Shown here in pieces: positions 36,407 to 38,781 of a stretch of DNA of 38,781 nt. The DNA is from Vulcanimicrobiota bacterium (GTDB lineage: Bacteria > Vulcanimicrobiota > CADAWZ01 > Ess09-12). The stretch covers positions 159,054 to 197,834 of the forward strand of contig JAVHLM010000011.1 in NCBI GenBank assembly GCA_031082125.1. The letters run 5' to 3'. The position numbers were made by a program, and so were the translations under genes. The number at the start of each line of letters is the position of its first letter. Position 1 is the stretch's first letter. The notes under the pieces are model-generated. The model saw only the letters and a program-made list of their open reading frames with translations. It made no database searches and had not been told where the DNA came from.

Positions 36407-36630
36407 AACGCTTCCTTCCTTTCCTGTAGTGCCCCTGGCCCGCCCGCCACAGGAATACAGGACCTGCGGGCAGCATTCGGGAGTCGGGGAATCTCTGGTA
36501 TTTCTGATAAAAAGATTCTTTCTCCAGGGCTCCCCTTCCTGCGGTATTGAAGAGAGGCCCATCCCATGCTATAATGGTAGGGGCCGGCAAGATACGGGGC
36601 TCAATTTACGGGAAAAGAGGATATCCCTGG

Positions 36631-37262
36631 TGAACAGCAGATTCTTGAAGCATCTCCCCATTTTTTTTCTCATCATCGCAGTTATGGCGCCAATGATATT
36701 CACCATACTCACCCATCACTCAGGGGCTGCCCTCCTGAGGCACCCGGGAAGCGACAGGGGAACGGCCCCGCAGCAGGCAGGAAAATCCGTCATTACGAAA
36801 AGCCTGCCTGACAAAGAGCCCCTCCCCGCCGCGGGAGAAAAGCTCGCTGAAAAGATCTTTCTATTCATTGCCCTTATAGCCGTTCCTACCCTGATGATCG
36901 TCTGGTCCCTTTTCATCCTCCTCAGAAGAAGCAGGATGAAGCCGCAGGCCTCGCAGCCTTCAAAGAAAGTGCTTCTCAAATGCCCTTCCTGCGCGGCGGG
37001 GGTGAGCTGCCATGCACGGTTCTGTGAGCATTGCGGCATCCCCCTCTGCCATGTGAAAGATGCAGGCCCGGCCCTTCCCCGGTGCCATGTGTGCGGCATG
37101 GTCATAGGGACAGATTCCCATTCCTGCAGCAACTGCGGGACCCGCCGGGCCGACAGGGAGCGCGGCATCACCCAGGCCTCCCTTTCCCTGTGTCCCCTCT
37201 GCAGGATGCCTCTCAAGCCCATCTCGCGGCTCTGCGCCAGGTGCGGCATATCCCTGCAGTAG
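36631..37262 (+). CDS. Membrane protein with a C-terminal triple zinc-ribbon (double-zinc-ribbon-like) domain
   Basis: It has two TM helices, then 'CPSCAAG..CHARFCEHCG', 'CHVCGM..CSNCG' and 'CPLCRM..CARCG'. The GTG 36631 start avoids overlap with the antisense gctA gene. Confidence 0.5.
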
Positions 37263-37283
37263 CCCCGGCGTGAGAGACCTCAT

Positions 37284-37310
37284 AGGCGCTTCTCAGCGCC
37301 TTCCCCTTTT
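37284..37310 (+). terminator. Hairpin AGGCGC-TTCTCA-GCGCCT followed by TCCCCTTTT
   Basis: The perfect 6-bp stem was read from the sequence. It overlaps the last two codons of the convergent helicase gene. Confidence 0.35.
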
Positions 37311-38537
37311 CCTGTGGTGGGGAGCGAAGCTGTAGACCATTTTCCCGTTGCTCTGGCAGCGTGTGGAGAACTTGACAAGGCGCTTGAGCTCCTTTTCCTT
37401 TGCGGGGCTGTCCCCCTCAAGAAGCAGGGCCTCGGAGTCACGCTCTCTCCGGCCCACCCTGCCGATGAGCTGCTCCTTCTCCGAGGGAGAGAAAGAGTGG
37501 CTGTCAGTGATGACGATAAAATCAGCCAGGGGTATGTCGATGCCGGAGCCTATGAGATTGGTGGAAACCAGAATCGAGGGGCACGAGTTTCTGAATTCAT
37601 TCATCATGGGGATCCGGTGAAGCTTGGTCTTGATTGCTCCACGCTTCAGACGGGCTCTCCGCTGATGCTCCTGAGAATCGGCCATGTCGCCGTGGAGGGA
37701 AAAGACCGGCACGGAATATTGGCGCTTCAGATATTCTGCGATCACTGAGACTTCCCTTTTCAGCCGGGTGACGATGTATATCCTGCTTCCGCGCTCAATA
37801 TGCTCACGGAGCCTGTCGCTTGCCCGGATAAGCTGCAGCACAGGGCTGCTGTTTCCCACGTCCTCGGTTTCCACGACAGTAGGCGTGGTGTCAAAAGGCT
37901 TTTCCTCCATCTCGACCAGGTTCTCCCATGCACCGTCAGACTTGAGAAATGACGCCACCGCTTCAGGTGTGGCGCTCATGTAAAGTATAAGGCCCCGGTA
38001 TTTCTTCAAATGGCGCAGATGATCATACTCGTTGAAAGCGTTCACATCATCGACGACCAGGAGGCTTGCCGAGTCGAGAAGATGGCTGTAACGGGGGCTG
38101 TCTATCACCATTGCGCTGGTAATGATAAAGGCCGCCTTGCCATCGAGGCCTTCCCTGAGGGCCTTATCCCTTTTCCTGGGCTCTATTCCCCCGGTGATGA
38201 GGGAAATATTCTCAAGAGGCGTCCCACTGAGACGGGTCATGAGGTACTCGCTGTGCTGGCGGCACAGGTCCCTTGTGGGGGCAATGATGATCACGGGCCT
38301 CGAAGTGGCAATATGCTGCATCACACCAAGGCGCATCATGACCTCTGTCTTGCCCGAACCGGTAGGCGCCTTGAGAATGAGGCGCCTCTTCCCCTGCTTG
38401 ATGCCTGCATTCAGGGCAGCCAGGGCTTCCTGCTGGTCGTCGGTAAGCCTGAACTCCTCGCCCTCCCTGATGAGGGCTCCCTCCTCGGCGACCTTCTGGC
38501 AGTTTTTTTCAATCCTTTTCCAAATCTCTCTTATCAT
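37293..38537 (-). CDS. Superfamily-2 DEAD/DEAH-box-like helicase (motif II is DDVN rather than DEAD)
   Basis: It has 'KAPTGSGKT', 'IIAPTRDLCRQH', 'LLVVDDVN', 'MSATP', 'GSGIDIP' and 'QLIGRVGRR'. The RBS GAGGGAG precedes the ATG. Confidence 0.75.
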   Translation of the reverse strand: MIREIWKRIEKNCQKVAEEGALIREGEEFRLTDDQQEALAALNAGIKQGKRRLILKAPTGSGKTEVMMRLGVMQHIATSRPVIIIAPTRDLCRQHSEYLMTRLSGTPLENISLITGGIEPRKRDKALREGLDGKAAFIITSAMVIDSPRYSHLLDSASLLVVDDVNAFNEYDHLRHLKKYRGLILYMSATPEAVASFLKSDGAWENLVEMEEKPFDTTPTVVETEDVGNSSPVLQLIRASDRLREHIERGSRIYIVTRLKREVSVIAEYLKRQYSVPVFSLHGDMADSQEHQRRARLKRGAIKTKLHRIPMMNEFRNSCPSILVSTNLIGSGIDIPLADFIVITDSHSFSPSEKEQLIGRVGRRERDSEALLLEGDSPAKEKELKRLVKFSTRCQSNGKMVYSFAPHHRKRGRR

Positions 38538-38781
38538 ATGACTCCCTCTTATTTACTGACGCACAGTATGCCTCAAGCATAATGATGCCGTCTGGTATGC
38601 TCCCGAGTAAAAATAAAGGCCTCGCTTTTCAATGCGGGCCTTTCTTATACTTATCATTATAATCCAACCTTCGTGAAAAACCACGATTATAATACCATGA
38701 ACTCCCGGGAATGTCAAACCAGATGTTGGAGAGCCCTGCATAACTCGCAATGAAAATGCCTGTGGGAGATTGTGGACACAA

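Noticed and set aside
38538-38781. Hairpin AAAGGCC-N15-GGCCTTT and TATAAT-like hexamers upstream of the helicase gene
   Set aside because: The region is too close to the window edge to interpret. It could be the helicase promoter or a REP-like element, but neither can be supported from this fragment.

Overview
This 38.8 kb window of high-GC bacterial chromosome is densely coding on both strands, uses AGG/AGA arginine codons heavily, and contains no rRNA, tRNA or CRISPR array that I could see. Its gene content points to an anaerobic amino-acid fermenter. In order along the window:

- **HD-GYP gene (5'-truncated).** The N-terminal part is built from about 30 imperfect 12-nt tandem repeats encoding (PQVQ/PQAR)n.
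- **Tight operon, 2.5–7.5 kb (+).** Membrane protein, nitroreductase, secreted protein, TldD and TldE, followed by a 22-aa ORF that has a good RBS.
- **Giant HNH protein, 7.85–10.4 kb.** It is 859 aa with a C-terminal HNH nuclease motif. A PIN-domain toxin-like gene and a small overlapping partner gene follow it.
- **Lipoprotein peptidase.** A CocE/NonD (S15) family enzyme on the minus strand.
- **Polyamine-related neighbourhood, 13.7–20.5 kb.** Two zinc-ribbon DUF4178 proteins, a DUF350 protein, and a membrane-fused spermidine-synthase-like aminopropyltransferase sit together. They are extended here by a small His/Gly-rich membrane protein, a small signal-peptide protein, and an atypical 845-aa subtilase that has no signal peptide.
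- **PilZ–rSAM operon.** A B12-binding radical SAM gene lies in an operon with a PilZ gene and a small membrane ORF.
- **Major vault protein homologue (870 aa, eukaryote-like).** I rate this the most striking element in the window. It is flanked on both sides by two paralogous PilZ (c-di-GMP receptor) genes, an MBL-fold hydrolase, an EcsC-like protein and a TM-anchored protein. An HD-GYP gene lies in the same window.
- **cNMP-binding/PFK-like fusion.** The phosphofructokinase domain has degenerate active-site motifs.
- **Fermentation and housekeeping genes, 30–38.5 kb.** An ALDH, lysine-fermentation genes kdd-kamA, an orphan yidD, glutaconate-CoA-transferase-like gctA/gctB, a membrane protein with a C-terminal triple zinc ribbon, and an SF2 helicase.

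The many long ORFs in the track that run antisense to these genes are typical high-GC shadow ORFs, and I did not call them.
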